A stretch of 64,000 nucleotides of DNA, taken from contig CBDCDC010000002.1 in assembly GCA_965215195.1 (NCBI GenBank), positions 2,560,001 through 2,624,000 of the forward strand. The letters are read 5' to 3'. This document shows positions 1-14,489 of the stretch, in pieces. A model generated the notes under the pieces. That model was not told the origin of the DNA, ran no database searches, and worked only from the letters and a program-made list of their open reading frames with translations. The translations under genes were made by a program, and so were the position numbers. The first letter of the stretch is position 1, and each line of letters opens with the position of its first letter. Source of the DNA: Candidatus Latescibacterota bacterium. GTDB lineage: Bacteria; Latescibacterota; UBA2968; UBA8231.

Positions 1-2400
<2,400 letters not shown>

Positions 2401-2520
2401 AAAAATCACTGCCACAACACTACTAGAGGTATGCATCACGGTGTCTCGAGCAGTAAGCACATAACGCGCTTCCACTCGGTAAACCTTAGATTACTTAACT
2501 GGTGTGAACCTGTATTCGAT

Positions 2521-2532
2521 TGTCAAAGAGCA
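2521..2532 (-). promoter_or_regulatory. rrn boxA antitermination element in the spacer
   Basis: TGCTCTTTGACA on the minus strand, downstream of the spacer tRNA. Confidence 0.7.
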
Positions 2533-2543
2533 AAAAGCCTGAA

Positions 2544-2620
<77 letters not shown>

Positions 2621-2707
2621 GAAAATCGAATAACGCACATGAGGACAGGCCGAAGAGTAAAATATTGACCTAGGTGGATAATGTCAGGAGCCTAACTCCC
2701 AATATCC

Positions 2708-4271
<1,564 letters not shown>

Positions 4272-4339
4272 AAAATTTGATGTACTACTTTTTGCAAATC
4301 CGAGCTCTTCGACGCTGGACCCTCATGTACGTTATTCGA

Positions 4340-4352
4340 TTTTCAAAGATCA
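4340..4352 (-). promoter_or_regulatory. rrn leader boxA
   Basis: TGATCTTTGAAAA on the minus strand, between the promoter and 16S. Confidence 0.65.
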
Positions 4353-4382
4353 ATCTCGCTCAAGCATCGAGCGTAACATTGA

Positions 4383-4411
4383 AAGATAGTATCCAATTCT
4401 CTCTGTGTCAA
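4383..4411 (-). promoter_or_regulatory. sigma70-type rRNA promoter
   Basis: TTGACA (4411-4406), 17-bp spacer, TATCTT (4388-4383), with an AT-rich tract upstream. Confidence 0.8.
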
Positions 4412-4461
4412 GAGGAAAAAAATATCGGCACCAAAGACAAAACCAACACAACAATCCCATA

Positions 4462-5703
4462 TCAACCCCAGCTAGCGGCACCCTTCAATTCGCCCTGCCT
4501 TTCTATGGCAATGCGCTCGAAGTAGCCGCTGCGGCGATAGGCACCTAGGGGATCGGCTTCGGCCCCCAGTTCCTGGCGCACAATCGCCAGCAAGGACCGC
4601 ACATCAGTGTCATAGGCATTGCGCAAAATTTCTTCGCCTGCCACTACGTCGTCCTCCGCCTGAGCCTCAGCTAGTGCCGTGCGGTCGACCAGCAATGCAC
4701 GGGCATAGGCCGTCTGTATATTGAGCACCGACTGGATCATCGCCTCAACTTTGGGCTTGATAATATGACTTTGATCAATCATGTAGGCGATATTAGCCGC
4801 TGCGGCACCGCGCCGCTCAGCGTTGAGGATCTCGTGGTAAATCAGGAAGACCTCGTAGAGGTTGACCGATCCAGTCGTCACATCATCATCGGCGTATTTG
4901 CGGTTGTTGAAGTGAAAACCACCCATTCGACCCTCGTCGAGGAGTAAGGCCACAAGGTGCTCAATATTGGTGGAGAGGGGATGATGCCCTAGATCGACCA
5001 GCACTTCGGCCTTCGGCCCGGCCTTAATGGCGAAATTTAGCGCCATACCCCAGTCGGCAATGTCAGTATGATAAAATGCCGGCTCGAAGAATTTGTACTC
5101 AATTAGCATCCGTACTCCTTCGGGCAGCACTTCGTGAGTCTCCCTCAGACATTCTTCAAATCTCCGCTTGCGCTCAATGATATCGTCTTGGCCCGGGTAG
5201 TTCGTACCGTCGGCAAACCAAAGGCTCAGTACTGTGGACCCTGTCTCCTGCATGATATCCACGCACTCGTGTATGTGATCGAGCGCTTTGCGACGCACGG
5301 CCGGGGACCGATGGCCAAAACTGCCCAATTTGTATTCAGGCTCTTGGAAGACATTGGGATTGATTGCCCCGATACACACACCCAATTCCGCCGCTTCTTG
5401 CCGCAGGGCGTCGTAGTCATCCACTTTATCCCAAGGGATGTGCAAAGCCACACCGGGACAGACACCTGTCATCTTATGCACTTGGGCCGCGTCGGCAAGC
5501 CGCTCGTGGACATCGCGGGCGGCACCGGGCTGTTTGAAAACGCCAAAGCGCGTTCCGGAATTGCCGTATCCCCAAGAGGGCGTCTCGATCTCTTGGGCTT
5601 TGAGCTTGGCTTTGACTTCTTCTGCTTCGATTCCTCGGGCTGAGAGCATTTCTGCTAAAGCTGCGAATTGGTCCTCTATATTGTTGTGCGCTGGAATTCC
5701 CAT
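4462..5703 (-). CDS. rhaI: L-rhamnose isomerase (RhaI-type TIM-barrel sugar isomerase)
   Basis: Motifs [39 protein letters not shown] and DLGHH. Confidence 0.85.
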   Translation of the reverse strand: MGIPAHNNIEDQFAALAEMLSARGIEAEEVKAKLKAQEIETPSWGYGNSGTRFGVFKQPGAARDVHERLADAAQVHKMTGVCPGVALHIPWDKVDDYDALRQEAAELGVCIGAINPNVFQEPEYKLGSFGHRSPAVRRKALDHIHECVDIMQETGSTVLSLWFADGTNYPGQDDIIERKRRFEECLRETHEVLPEGVRMLIEYKFFEPAFYHTDIADWGMALNFAIKAGPKAEVLVDLGHHPLSTNIEHLVALLLDEGRMGGFHFNNRKYADDDVTTGSVNLYEVFLIYHEILNAERRGAAAANIAYMIDQSHIIKPKVEAMIQSVLNIQTAYARALLVDRTALAEAQAEDDVVAGEEILRNAYDTDVRSLLAIVRQELGAEADPLGAYRRSGYFERIAIERQGELKGAASWG

Positions 5704-5794
5704 TCTGCCTCTCCTTTAATTATCGGGCCTAGTAGGTCAAATCCGGTGGGTCGGGACGGTAATTAAGCTCAGCCGCTACAGCCTGCTACCACAC

Positions 5795-6757
5795 TCAGGC
5801 GTTCTGCAGAACTTGTAGCTGGAGTTCGAGGTTGCGCAACCCGACTTCGCCGGATACGAGAGGAGCTCGTTTGGGCTGTACCGCAGCCTCAGCAAACTGA
5901 GCTATGAGTAGCGACATAAAATCATCGCCGATTAGCTCTGATTCACCGGTGCTGAGCACCGAGCAATAGGTCCCGTCGGGCGCAGACCGCCCTGCGCAAT
6001 CGACCAAAAAGCCGTTAACGCCGAATCGCCGCAGGGGTTGGCCCGCATGTAGGTCGCGGACGATGATTTCGCAACGACAGCTTCCCGCCAAGTCGGCAAA
6101 GCTAAAACAGGCCCGCACTTCCCCGCGTCCTAGCTCCACTTGTAGCGAAGCAGGCTCAATGACCCCGTCGGGCATCCAAGCCAAGAGCATGCTCAAAGGA
6201 TGGGGAGCCATATCGATCCACACCTCTGCGGCGCAACGGCGGCGCCCCCGGGCCAAGGTCTCCATTTCCGCGTAAAAGGATTCTATAGTAGCGATCGGTC
6301 CATGGGCCTTTTCGTATAGCTGCCGGTAGTACGGCAGCGCGGCAGCGTATTGAGTACAAACGCCCAAGTGCAGACTGGTTTGCCTCGCCAAATCAACCAA
6401 GGCCCGCGCCCGCATCAGCATCTGCTCCGCCCCATCCGAATGCCAGACTAAGGGCTTTTCGCAGAGTACGTGACAACCCCGTCCAAGAGCACCTTTGACA
6501 CAGTCGAAATGAGCCTCATTCGGCAGACAGACGTCGACCACATCGGGCGCTTCTTCAGTTAGCAGCCGATCCAAGTCCCAATAACCCCGGCCCGAAAAGG
6601 GAAAAATATCGCATAGAACGCGCTCTGTAGCAGCGACAGTTTCCCGACTGCGGCCTAAAAAGCCAACGACTTGCGCACCAACGCGGTGGAACCACTTGGC
6701 GTGATGCTTGCCGATGCCGCTGGCACCGGCGATGGCGACGCGCAGGGGCCTTTCCAT
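5795..6757 (-). CDS. Gfo/Idh/MocA family oxidoreductase
   Basis: GASGIGKHH Rossmann motif and HVLCEKP. Start moved to ATG 6757, which follows GGAGGAG. Confidence 0.85.
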   Translation of the reverse strand: MERPLRVAIAGASGIGKHHAKWFHRVGAQVVGFLGRSRETVAATERVLCDIFPFSGRGYWDLDRLLTEEAPDVVDVCLPNEAHFDCVKGALGRGCHVLCEKPLVWHSDGAEQMLMRARALVDLARQTSLHLGVCTQYAAALPYYRQLYEKAHGPIATIESFYAEMETLARGRRRCAAEVWIDMAPHPLSMLLAWMPDGVIEPASLQVELGRGEVRACFSFADLAGSCRCEIIVRDLHAGQPLRRFGVNGFLVDCAGRSAPDGTYCSVLSTGESELIGDDFMSLLIAQFAEAAVQPKRAPLVSGEVGLRNLELQLQVLQNA

Positions 6758-6769
6758 TTCTCCTCCAAT

Positions 6770-6800
6770 AAAAAGAGCCGACAGCCCATCTGTCGGCTCT
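6770..6800 (-). terminator. intrinsic terminator
   Basis: Stem AGAGCCGACAG/CTGTCGGCTCT followed by a T-run on the minus strand. Confidence 0.7.
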
Positions 6801-6831
6801 CCCAAGGCCGGTGGCCTCTAGCTTTAGCTAT

Positions 6832-6948
6832 TTACTTCTTCCTCGGTGACAGCTTGGCCTCCTGAGCGCGTCGCTTCAAGCGCTTTTTGCGCCGCTGTCG
6901 CCGACTCCTCAATTCCTTATCCCTCATTCTGCCTTTACTCGAACCCAT
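6832..6948 (-). CDS. small Arg/Lys-rich protein (38 aa; resembles DUF6800)
   Basis: MGSSKGRMRDKELRSRRQRRKKRLKRRAQEAKLSPRKK, with an AGGAGG RBS upstream and a terminator downstream. Confidence 0.7.
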   Translation of the reverse strand: MGSSKGRMRDKELRSRRQRRKKRLKRRAQEAKLSPRKK

Positions 6949-7010
6949 CTGTGTATCCTCCTGAGAATAAGAAGCGGTTGCCGGCAATATATCTGGCGGC
7001 ACCACTGAGG

Positions 7011-7934
7011 TCAAGCGAGGATCATCCGCAAAAGGGCCATGCGCACGTAAAGCCCGTTGTGGGCTTGGCGAAAATAGGCCGCCCGCGGATCCGCGTCCAC
7101 TTCCGGGTCAATCTCGTCGACGCGCGGCAGCGGGTGCATGACAACAGCGCGTTCCTGCATGCAGTCCATCACCGACCGATCGACAATGTACTTGCCCCGC
7201 GCCTGCTCGTATTCTCCAAGGAGAGCACCAAAGCGCTCCTTCTGGATGCGCGTCTGATAGACGACATCGGCCTGCCTCGCTACCTCATGTAGATCTTCTA
7301 CTTCCTCGAAAGGGACCTGGTGCCGCCGCAAATACTCCTTTATGTCGTCCTTCATTCTCACCATCTCAGGCGCGACGAAGTACATTTTAACGCCCTCGTA
7401 TTTGGCCAGTAGATAGCACAGCGAACGCACCGTCCGTCCATTGGCCAGATCTCCCACCAGAGCAACTGTAATTTTTTGGAGGCGTCCGATCTCGCGCTGG
7501 ATAGTAAAGAGGTCCAACAGGGCTTGGGTCGGGTGCTGCCCGGCCCCGTCGCCGGCGTTGATTACCGGGATACCGGCGACAGCAGCAGCTCGGTTGCTGG
7601 CCCCGCTTTCGTAGTGGCGCAACACGATCACGTCCGAGTACCCGGCGACGACGCGAATGGTGTCCTCGAGGGTCTCCCCCTTGGCCACCGAAGAGAATTC
7701 CTGTGCGCTCTCGGTCGTAATCACCGTTCCACCCAACCGCGTCATCGCCGATTCAAAGGACAGCCGCGTGCGCGTACTAGGCTCGTAGAACAGCGTCGCC
7801 ATGACCCGGCGATTGAGGATATTAGATCCGTAGTGCTGCACTACTTGCTCCATCTCTTGGGCCGTGGAGAAAATGGCGTCTATCAAGTCTAGGTCGAATT
7901 GTTGCGCTTCGAGGACGTGATAAAGACGATCCAT
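7011..7934 (-). CDS. pyrB: aspartate carbamoyltransferase catalytic subunit
   Basis: FYEPSTRTRLSF, NAGDG..HPTQ and MHPLPR motifs. Confidence 0.97.
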   Translation of the reverse strand: MDRLYHVLEAQQFDLDLIDAIFSTAQEMEQVVQHYGSNILNRRVMATLFYEPSTRTRLSFESAMTRLGGTVITTESAQEFSSVAKGETLEDTIRVVAGYSDVIVLRHYESGASNRAAAVAGIPVINAGDGAGQHPTQALLDLFTIQREIGRLQKITVALVGDLANGRTVRSLCYLLAKYEGVKMYFVAPEMVRMKDDIKEYLRRHQVPFEEVEDLHEVARQADVVYQTRIQKERFGALLGEYEQARGKYIVDRSVMDCMQERAVVMHPLPRVDEIDPEVDADPRAAYFRQAHNGLYVRMALLRMILA

Positions 7935-7944
7935 CAGGTGCTCC

Positions 7945-8382
7945 TCAACGGCCTTCCCGCTCCCCCAATACCGCCATAATCTCCGCCTCGGCCGCCACTT
8001 CCTCTCCCACCAGTGCTCGCCCTTGCAACTTACAGGACCCGCCCCGCTGCCTGAGCACTGTTAGCTCCAGCCGCAACTGGTCCCCCGGCACGACCGGACG
8101 GCGAAATTTGCAGCGATCAATCCCGGCGAAAAAAGGCACCTTGGATTCGGGATTTTCCACGCCGCGCAGCATCATCGCGCAACCCGCTTGCGCCAGTGCT
8201 TCGACGATCAGCACCCCGGGCATGACCGGATAACTAGGAAAATGCCCTTGGAAAAACGATTCGTTGGCCGTCACGTTCTTCAAGGCCACGACGCGTTCGC
8301 CAGGCTCCAACTCGAGAATGCGGTCAATGAGCAGCAGCGGATAGCGGTGCGGCAATAGGTCGAGAATCTCCGTTAAATTCAC
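7945..8382 (-). CDS. fabZ: 3-hydroxyacyl-ACP dehydratase
   Basis: LPHRYPLLLIDR and FFQGHFP..PVMPGVLIVEA. Confidence 0.96.
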   Translation of the reverse strand: MNLTEILDLLPHRYPLLLIDRILELEPGERVVALKNVTANESFFQGHFPSYPVMPGVLIVEALAQAGCAMMLRGVENPESKVPFFAGIDRCKFRRPVVPGDQLRLELTVLRQRGGSCKLQGRALVGEEVAAEAEIMAVLGEREGR

Positions 8383-8915
8383 TCCTCTTCCTCTTCCTTT
8401 TCCTTCTCCATCAGTGCCAGTAGCTGTTCGGTCAGATCGTACTGCTCTTTGGCAAAGACCAAACCGCTAGAGGGCGCAGCGGCGTCGAAAATAAAATCGT
8501 AGCCCTCCTCCTCGGCCATGCCCTGAATGGCATCGTTGATCTTTTTGAAAATCGGCTCGGAAAGCTCGACATTCCTGCGCATCAACTCGCCTTCGGGGCC
8601 GAACTTCTCTTGGGTAAATTGTTGGAGTTGCTGCACTTTGGTCTCGAACTCGGCCTGTAGTTCCGCCTTTTTCGCCTCGCTCAACAGCAACTCCTGACGA
8701 CGAAAATCCTCTTGCAACTTAAGCAGCTCGGCCTCGTCCTTCTTGGCTTGGTTCTCGTAGTCCTGACTTAGCTGCTCCAACGTGCGCTGCACATCCCTGA
8801 ATTCGGGCAGGCGCTCTTTGAGCACTTCTGAATCGATATAACCTACTTTTAGCTGAGCCGAGGCAGTGGCGGCGCAACAGGCCACGACGAGGGCGGACAA
8901 TAGGGCGCGTTTCAT
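8379..8915 (-). CDS. skp: OmpH/Skp periplasmic chaperone
   Basis: Signal peptide, KVGYID, helical body and GYDFIFD; lies between bamA and fabZ. Confidence 0.9.
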   Translation of the reverse strand: MKRALLSALVVACCAATASAQLKVGYIDSEVLKERLPEFRDVQRTLEQLSQDYENQAKKDEAELLKLQEDFRRQELLLSEAKKAELQAEFETKVQQLQQFTQEKFGPEGELMRRNVELSEPIFKKINDAIQGMAEEEGYDFIFDAAAPSSGLVFAKEQYDLTEQLLALMEKEKEEEEE

Positions 8916-9018
8916 GCGTACTCCTCTTTATGGGCAAAAGTCAACTGGATTGAAGTTGCGTTCATTTTTTAATTCAACTGCGCTATTCTCGCTGCAACGG
9001 GTATCAGGTGTCAGACGA

Positions 9019-9321
9019 CTATTTGATCTGCACCTTGATCTTAGATCGCTTGCGCCGCGACAGGGAGAGGCCACCGAAACCGCTGATAACGGCAATGTAA
9101 AACCCAGCATCGTACCACCAGCCAGTGTTGTGCGGTTCATAGAGGCGGATGGCCGAGTCAAATAGGCCCCAGATGAGCGATATGGGAGCGATCCAACCGT
9201 GCCAGATTCCCCAGAAAAACCCAGCGGGATTCGCTTCAGTGTGTTTCCCGTCGCCAGGGACACACCCGGCAAGAGCAATCAGAACGATCAAGACAAGTAT
9301 GCAGATTAGCTGTCTGGCCAT
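9019..9321 (-). CDS. hypothetical membrane lipoprotein
   Basis: Lipobox LAGC; PAGFFWGIWHGWI...YE..NTGWWYDAGF motif; basic C-terminal tail. Confidence 0.8.
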   Translation of the reverse strand: MARQLICILVLIVLIALAGCVPGDGKHTEANPAGFFWGIWHGWIAPISLIWGLFDSAIRLYEPHNTGWWYDAGFYIAVISGFGGLSLSRRKRSKIKVQIK

Positions 9322-9425
9322 AGAAAATTCTTCTACCGTTCCTCTGTAACCCGCTGTTTTTTCTCATCTCAAGCCAAATTGTATAAGATACGACTTGGCA
9401 TACATTTGTGAAACAGCGGACATAA

Positions 9426-9465
9426 GAAGGCCCAAGATGCCGGACGACACCTTGGGCTTCGTCTT
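9426..9465 (-). terminator. probable terminator after bamA
   Basis: Inverted repeat GAAGGCCCAAG/CTTGGGCTTC. Confidence 0.5.
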
Positions 9466-9482
9466 TCCCCTGCGATTAGGCA

Positions 9483-11873
9483 CTAGTAAAACTGTGGGCC
9501 GAACTGGAAATGGGTCTTCCAGCCGGCCGGCAGACCATCGACCTCCTTGCGGTCAAAACCATAGCCGAAGTCGAAGCCGATCATCCCCAACATTGGCGTC
9601 TGGACGCGAAAACCAAAGCCCAGCGAGCGCCTGAGGTTCAAGGGGTTGAGATCGGGAATCGTCTTCCAAGCGTTGCCCGCATCGGCGAAGAGGATGCCGT
9701 ACACTTGCTGCTCGGCTATCGGGAAGCGGTACTCTAGGTTCAACACCATCATCGAGCGGCCGCCGAGGGGAATCCCGCTGGCCTTGTCCTTTGGGCCCAA
9801 GGAGTAATCCGGATAGCCCCGGACCTGTCCGTCCCAGTAATCAATGCCGCCCGGAGTAAACAGGTCATAGTACGAAATGAGGCTGTCGTCCTCGTCGGAA
9901 AAACCATCTATAACCGCGACTTTGGTCTCCAAACTCCAGACGAACTTCCACCAACTCGGCCGGTAGTAGTTGAAATTCACTTCGTGGTTGTGGAAGTCCA
10001 CATCGCCAGCCACGATCGAAGTCGCGACCGATGGAGTGTAGCTAAAAACCGTCCCCTTGGTGGGAAACTCAGCCCGGTCGCGCGTATCGCGCGTATAAAT
10101 CAATTCAAAGCGGCTTGTGAGCCGATCTTGGTAGCGGGGATCGTTCTCAGCCCCCGTAAAGCTGTCGCTGAAGTCGGAATAGCCTTGGCTATAAAGGCGA
10201 TAGCCCAACGAAAGGCTGGAGTTGGCCGGCTTCTTCAACCGCCGGCCCACTCGCACATTGATCGACTTGCGATTGGATTTCCAGAGAATCGAATTGCGAT
10301 TGTTGCTCCGGTAGTCGTAGTACTGGATGTCTTGCGTATAAGCACGCGCCGACAAACTAGTCGGGGTGTCGAAGAGCCAAGGCTCGGTGAAACCCACTAG
10401 GAACTGCTCGCGCCGGGTGCCAAACTCCCAGTTGAAGTCCAAGCTCTGGCCTAGGCCGCGGAAGTTGGGAATCTGCAACCCGATTTGGCCCACCATCTTG
10501 TCGCGGTCCGAATACCCCGCCCCCAAAGACGCTGACCCAGTCTGCCGCTCATCGACGTTAAACACCATATCCACCAGCCGCTCGTCCTCGCCCGAGCTGT
10601 ATTGGGGCTGGATTTGCACATCCTTGAAGAAGTTTAACAGAAATATGCGCCGCTGACTTTCCTGGACGAGATTCTGCTGATAAATATCGCCCGGACGCAA
10701 TTCGATCTCGCGCCGGATCACCTTCTCCCGCGTCTTGGTATTGCCGGCGATCTCGACCTTGCGAATCGTCCACGGCTGCCCTTCAAACACCTGAAACGAC
10801 ACGTCAATCGAGTCATTGCGAATCGTCTCCTGCGGCACCACCCGCGTGTCCAAGTAGCCCTTCTCGTAATAGACAAAGCGGGCCAAATCGGCCAACTCTG
10901 GCCCCGAGCGCCCATATACCATCCCCTCCTGCAGGTCCAGCTTCCCTACCAATTCGTCGGTGCCGAAGAGCGCGTTGCCCTCCCAAGCGACTTGGCCCAA
11001 CCGGTACTGTAGCCCCTCGTCGATTTCCACGTCGATGAACAAGTGCCGCCGCGTCGAGTCGTAATAGACGCTGTCGCGCACTATGGCGGCCTGCTGAAAG
11101 CCCAAGCTGCGATAGTACGCCAGCAGTTTCTGCTTGTCCTCCTCGTACGTGTCGCCGTTGAACTCGCCCTTGCGCCACCAGCGCTTCTCCTTGGTCTCCA
11201 TCAACGACACCAACCGGCGCGGCTCCGGGCCTTGGCCGTCCCACTTTTGCGGACGCCGCGGACTGCGCACTGGCAGCTCTCGGCTGTCGATCACCGTGCC
11301 GTCGGCTCGGTGCTGGACCAAGCGGATCTGCTTGATCTGCACCTTGGAACCCTCGTCGATGTCGTATTGGAGGAATACCTCGCCTTCTTCTGCGCCGGCA
11401 AAGGTCTGGCCTTTGACATCGGCGCGTAGATAACCCTTCTCGCGATAGAGATCGAGGATTTTCTGCTCGCCCCGCACCACATCCCTCGGCGCGATAACCT
11501 GACCGGTGACCAAGCTCAGCACCTCCTTGAGGTCCTTCTCTTTGAGGTTTTTCTGCCCCTTGAACTGCAAACCCTCTAAGGCCGGGTATTCTTCAACCAT
11601 GATGATCAGGTTGATTCCCTCGGGGACGGGATCGCCCCATATCTGAATATCCTCAAAGACGTTGAGCCCCTGGAGATCGCGCACCGCCTGCTGCACGTTC
11701 TCTTGCGACAGTTCAACTCCAGGCTCCAAGCCCACTGTGGTCAAGATCAACGACTTGGCCACCTTGCGCAGCGCACCCTGCACCTCGACCGAGACAACCT
11801 TCTGGGCCTCGACCGCGCCTCCCATCAACCCCATGGAGAAGACTGCAAAAAGTATAGTGCGAAAATTTTTCAT
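9483..11873 (-). CDS. bamA: outer membrane protein assembly factor BamA
   Basis: Signal peptide, POTRA repeats (GNTKTREKVIRRE), VRGY motif, C-terminal beta-signal HFQFGPQFY. Start ATG 11873 preferred over GTG 11891. Confidence 0.96.
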   Translation of the reverse strand: MKNFRTILFAVFSMGLMGGAVEAQKVVSVEVQGALRKVAKSLILTTVGLEPGVELSQENVQQAVRDLQGLNVFEDIQIWGDPVPEGINLIIMVEEYPALEGLQFKGQKNLKEKDLKEVLSLVTGQVIAPRDVVRGEQKILDLYREKGYLRADVKGQTFAGAEEGEVFLQYDIDEGSKVQIKQIRLVQHRADGTVIDSRELPVRSPRRPQKWDGQGPEPRRLVSLMETKEKRWWRKGEFNGDTYEEDKQKLLAYYRSLGFQQAAIVRDSVYYDSTRRHLFIDVEIDEGLQYRLGQVAWEGNALFGTDELVGKLDLQEGMVYGRSGPELADLARFVYYEKGYLDTRVVPQETIRNDSIDVSFQVFEGQPWTIRKVEIAGNTKTREKVIRREIELRPGDIYQQNLVQESQRRIFLLNFFKDVQIQPQYSSGEDERLVDMVFNVDERQTGSASLGAGYSDRDKMVGQIGLQIPNFRGLGQSLDFNWEFGTRREQFLVGFTEPWLFDTPTSLSARAYTQDIQYYDYRSNNRNSILWKSNRKSINVRVGRRLKKPANSSLSLGYRLYSQGYSDFSDSFTGAENDPRYQDRLTSRFELIYTRDTRDRAEFPTKGTVFSYTPSVATSIVAGDVDFHNHEVNFNYYRPSWWKFVWSLETKVAVIDGFSDEDDSLISYYDLFTPGGIDYWDGQVRGYPDYSLGPKDKASGIPLGGRSMMVLNLEYRFPIAEQQVYGILFADAGNAWKTIPDLNPLNLRRSLGFGFRVQTPMLGMIGFDFGYGFDRKEVDGLPAGWKTHFQFGPQFY

Positions 11874-11874
11874 A

Positions 11875-14346
11875 TCAGATCGCGACCGCACGCTTCTTCT
11901 TCTTCACCTCTTTGCCCGCACCCTCTCGACGCTCCTCGTCGAAAACTAGTTCCTCGCCTTTTTTGGTGACGCGAATGCGACTGCCCTCGCCAAAGCGACC
12001 CTGGAGAATCTCCTCGGCCAGCGGATCTTCGAGCATCTTCTGGATGGTCCGCTCCAAATAGCGAGCACCATACGCCTGATCAAAGCCCTTGTTGGCGAGC
12101 AACGTTTTGGCTCCGGGCGTAACTCGCACTTGAATGTCCTGCAGTGTCAAACGCGCTTTGAATTCCTCCAAGCGAATATCTATGATGGCGGCGATGTGCT
12201 CTTTGTCGAGTGCGTGGAAAATGATGGTGTCGTCAACGCGATTGAGGAATTCGGGATTGAAGGTCTTTTTTAAGGCGTCGTTGATCTTGCCTTCCATCTG
12301 CGCGTACATCGAGTCGGAATCGGACTTCTGAAAGCCCAATACACCGCCTGTGCCCACATCCCGACTACCCGCGTTAGAAGTCATAATTAGCACGGTGTTG
12401 CAAAAATCTACTTTGCGGCCCGTGCTATCGGTGAGGCGCCCCTCGTCGAGAATCTGCAACAGGATGTTGAAGACATCGGGATGGGCCTTCTCGACCTCGT
12501 CTAGCAGAACCACTGAATAGGGACGGCGGCGGACCCGCTCGGTTAGCTGCCCCCCCTCGTCAAAACCCACGTAGCCCGGAGGTGCTCCAATCAGGCGCGA
12601 CACCGCGAATTTCTCCATGTACTCAGACATATCGACCGAAACCAACGCATCGGCGTCGTCGAAGAGGAATTCGGCTAGCCGCTTGGCCAATTCGGTCTTG
12701 CCCACGCCGGTCGGGCCGAGAAAGATAAACGAGCCGATGGGCCGCTTGGGATCCTGTAGGCCCGCGCGACTGCGTCGGATGGCCCGCGCAATCGCGGTGA
12801 CTGCCTGCTTCTGACCGACAATTTTCTTTGTGAGCGCGTCTTCCATGGCCAACAGGCGCTCGGTTTCGGTCTTGGCCAGCCGCGACATCGGGATGCCAGT
12901 CATACTGGCGATGACTTCGGCGATGTCGTCCGTCGTCACTTCGACCACTTCGTCGCGCACCGCTTCCTCCCACGCTTGGCGTTTGTTTTGTAGCTCTTCA
13001 TTCAAGTGAAGTGCCTTGTCGCGCAGCACGGCAGCATCCTCGAAATCCTGGCGCTCGGACGCTTCACTTTTTTGGCGGTTGATCTCCTGTATCTCGGCTT
13101 CGATTCGGCCGATCTCTTCCGGCGGGCTGAGCCGAGCCAGATGTACGCGCGAGCCCGTCTCGTCAATCACATCAATGGCCTTGTCGGGCAAGTAGCGGTC
13201 GCTTATGTAGCGGTCAGCCTGGCGCACCGCATAGGCAACGACATCGTCGGCAAACTCCACGTGATGGTGGCTCTCGAAGCTGGAGCGCAACCCTTTGACG
13301 ATCTCAATGGTGTCCTCGACCGAGGGTGGATCGACCATGATGCTCTGAAAGCGCCGCTCAAGGGCCCCGTCCTTTTCGATGTGCTTGCGGTACTCGTCGA
13401 GGGTGGTGGCCCCGATGCACTGCAATTCGCCGCGCGCCAAAGCGGGCTTGAACATATTGGAAGCGTCCAACGTGCCCTCAGCACTGCCAGCACCGACAAT
13501 GGTGTGCAGCTCGTCGATGAAAATGATGACATCGGAGTTTTGCTGGAGCTCGTTCATCACCGCCTTGATGCGCTCTTCAAACTGGCCCCGGTATTTGGTG
13601 CCGGCGACCACGCCGCCCATGTCGAGGGTGACCAAGCGCTTGTCGAGGAGGATCTGCGGTACGCGCTTTTCAATGATGCGCTGGGCCAACCCTTCGACAA
13701 TGGCCGTCTTGCCGACGCCTGGGTCGCCGATGAGGATGGGATTGTTCTTCTTGCGGCGACTGAGTACTTGCGTGACGCGCTCGATCTCCTTCTGGCGGCC
13801 GATCAACGGGTCTAGCTTGCCCTCGCGCGCCAACTGGGTCAGGTCGCGGCCAAAGTGGTCGAGAAAGGGCGTCTTGCTCTTCTTGCCCTTTTCCTTGCGC
13901 CCGGTAGTCTTGCCTTCGAGCACGGCCAAGGTCTCTTCCATGGCCGTTTTGTAATCGACGCCAAAGGCAGCCAAAATCTGCGCAGCAACCCCCTCCCTGT
14001 CCTTGAGCAAAGCCAAGAGCAGATGTTCGACATCAATGAACTGCGTCTTCATCTCCTTGGCCTCGTTGGCCGCCACTTCGAGGATCTGTTTAGCGCGGGG
14101 GGTGAAGGGCACCTCGCCGATGGTCATGGTGCCGCCCGAGGTCGTCACGTAGTCCTCCACCGACTGCTTGACCGTCTCCAAGCTCAACCCCAAGTTCGTC
14201 AGCACGGCCACGGCCTTGCCCTTGCCGGCCTTGATAATGCCCAATAGCAGGTGTTCGGTGCCGATGTAGTTGTGACCTAAGCGCGCCGACTCCTCGCGCG
14301 CTAGGTGCATTACCCGTTTTACGTTTTCGGTGAACATGTTGTTCAT
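11875..14346 (-). CDS. clpC: ATP-dependent Clp protease ATP-binding subunit ClpC
   Basis: Clp N repeats, two AAA+ modules ([16 protein letters not shown]), UVR middle domain and a LGF loop. Confidence 0.96.
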   Translation of the reverse strand: MNNMFTENVKRVMHLAREESARLGHNYIGTEHLLLGIIKAGKGKAVAVLTNLGLSLETVKQSVEDYVTTSGGTMTIGEVPFTPRAKQILEVAANEAKEMKTQFIDVEHLLLALLKDREGVAAQILAAFGVDYKTAMEETLAVLEGKTTGRKEKGKKSKTPFLDHFGRDLTQLAREGKLDPLIGRQKEIERVTQVLSRRKKNNPILIGDPGVGKTAIVEGLAQRIIEKRVPQILLDKRLVTLDMGGVVAGTKYRGQFEERIKAVMNELQQNSDVIIFIDELHTIVGAGSAEGTLDASNMFKPALARGELQCIGATTLDEYRKHIEKDGALERRFQSIMVDPPSVEDTIEIVKGLRSSFESHHHVEFADDVVAYAVRQADRYISDRYLPDKAIDVIDETGSRVHLARLSPPEEIGRIEAEIQEINRQKSEASERQDFEDAAVLRDKALHLNEELQNKRQAWEEAVRDEVVEVTTDDIAEVIASMTGIPMSRLAKTETERLLAMEDALTKKIVGQKQAVTAIARAIRRSRAGLQDPKRPIGSFIFLGPTGVGKTELAKRLAEFLFDDADALVSVDMSEYMEKFAVSRLIGAPPGYVGFDEGGQLTERVRRRPYSVVLLDEVEKAHPDVFNILLQILDEGRLTDSTGRKVDFCNTVLIMTSNAGSRDVGTGGVLGFQKSDSDSMYAQMEGKINDALKKTFNPEFLNRVDDTIIFHALDKEHIAAIIDIRLEEFKARLTLQDIQVRVTPGAKTLLANKGFDQAYGARYLERTIQKMLEDPLAEEILQGRFGEGSRIRVTKKGEELVFDEERREGAGKEVKKKKRAVAI

Positions 14347-14460
14347 CTAATCATCCTCCACAATCCGCCTATGTAAATGAGGAACTTAATTCTCGACAAT
14401 TCGGAGAGCGCAAATTGAATATCGAGCATTGCAAAATTTGCCGGATAACTCTCGATTTTG

Positions 14461-14489
14461 AACCTACCAAAAGGGCAGATGGTTGTCAA
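14461..14489 (-). promoter_or_regulatory. candidate internal sigma70 promoter for clpC
   Basis: TTGACA-17 bp-TAGGTT at the mcsB stop. Confidence 0.45.

Noticed and set aside
14347-14485. CtsR box or CIRCE upstream of clpC
   Set aside because: No GGTCAAA direct repeat or TTAGCACTC-N9-GAGTGCTAA match was found by eye.
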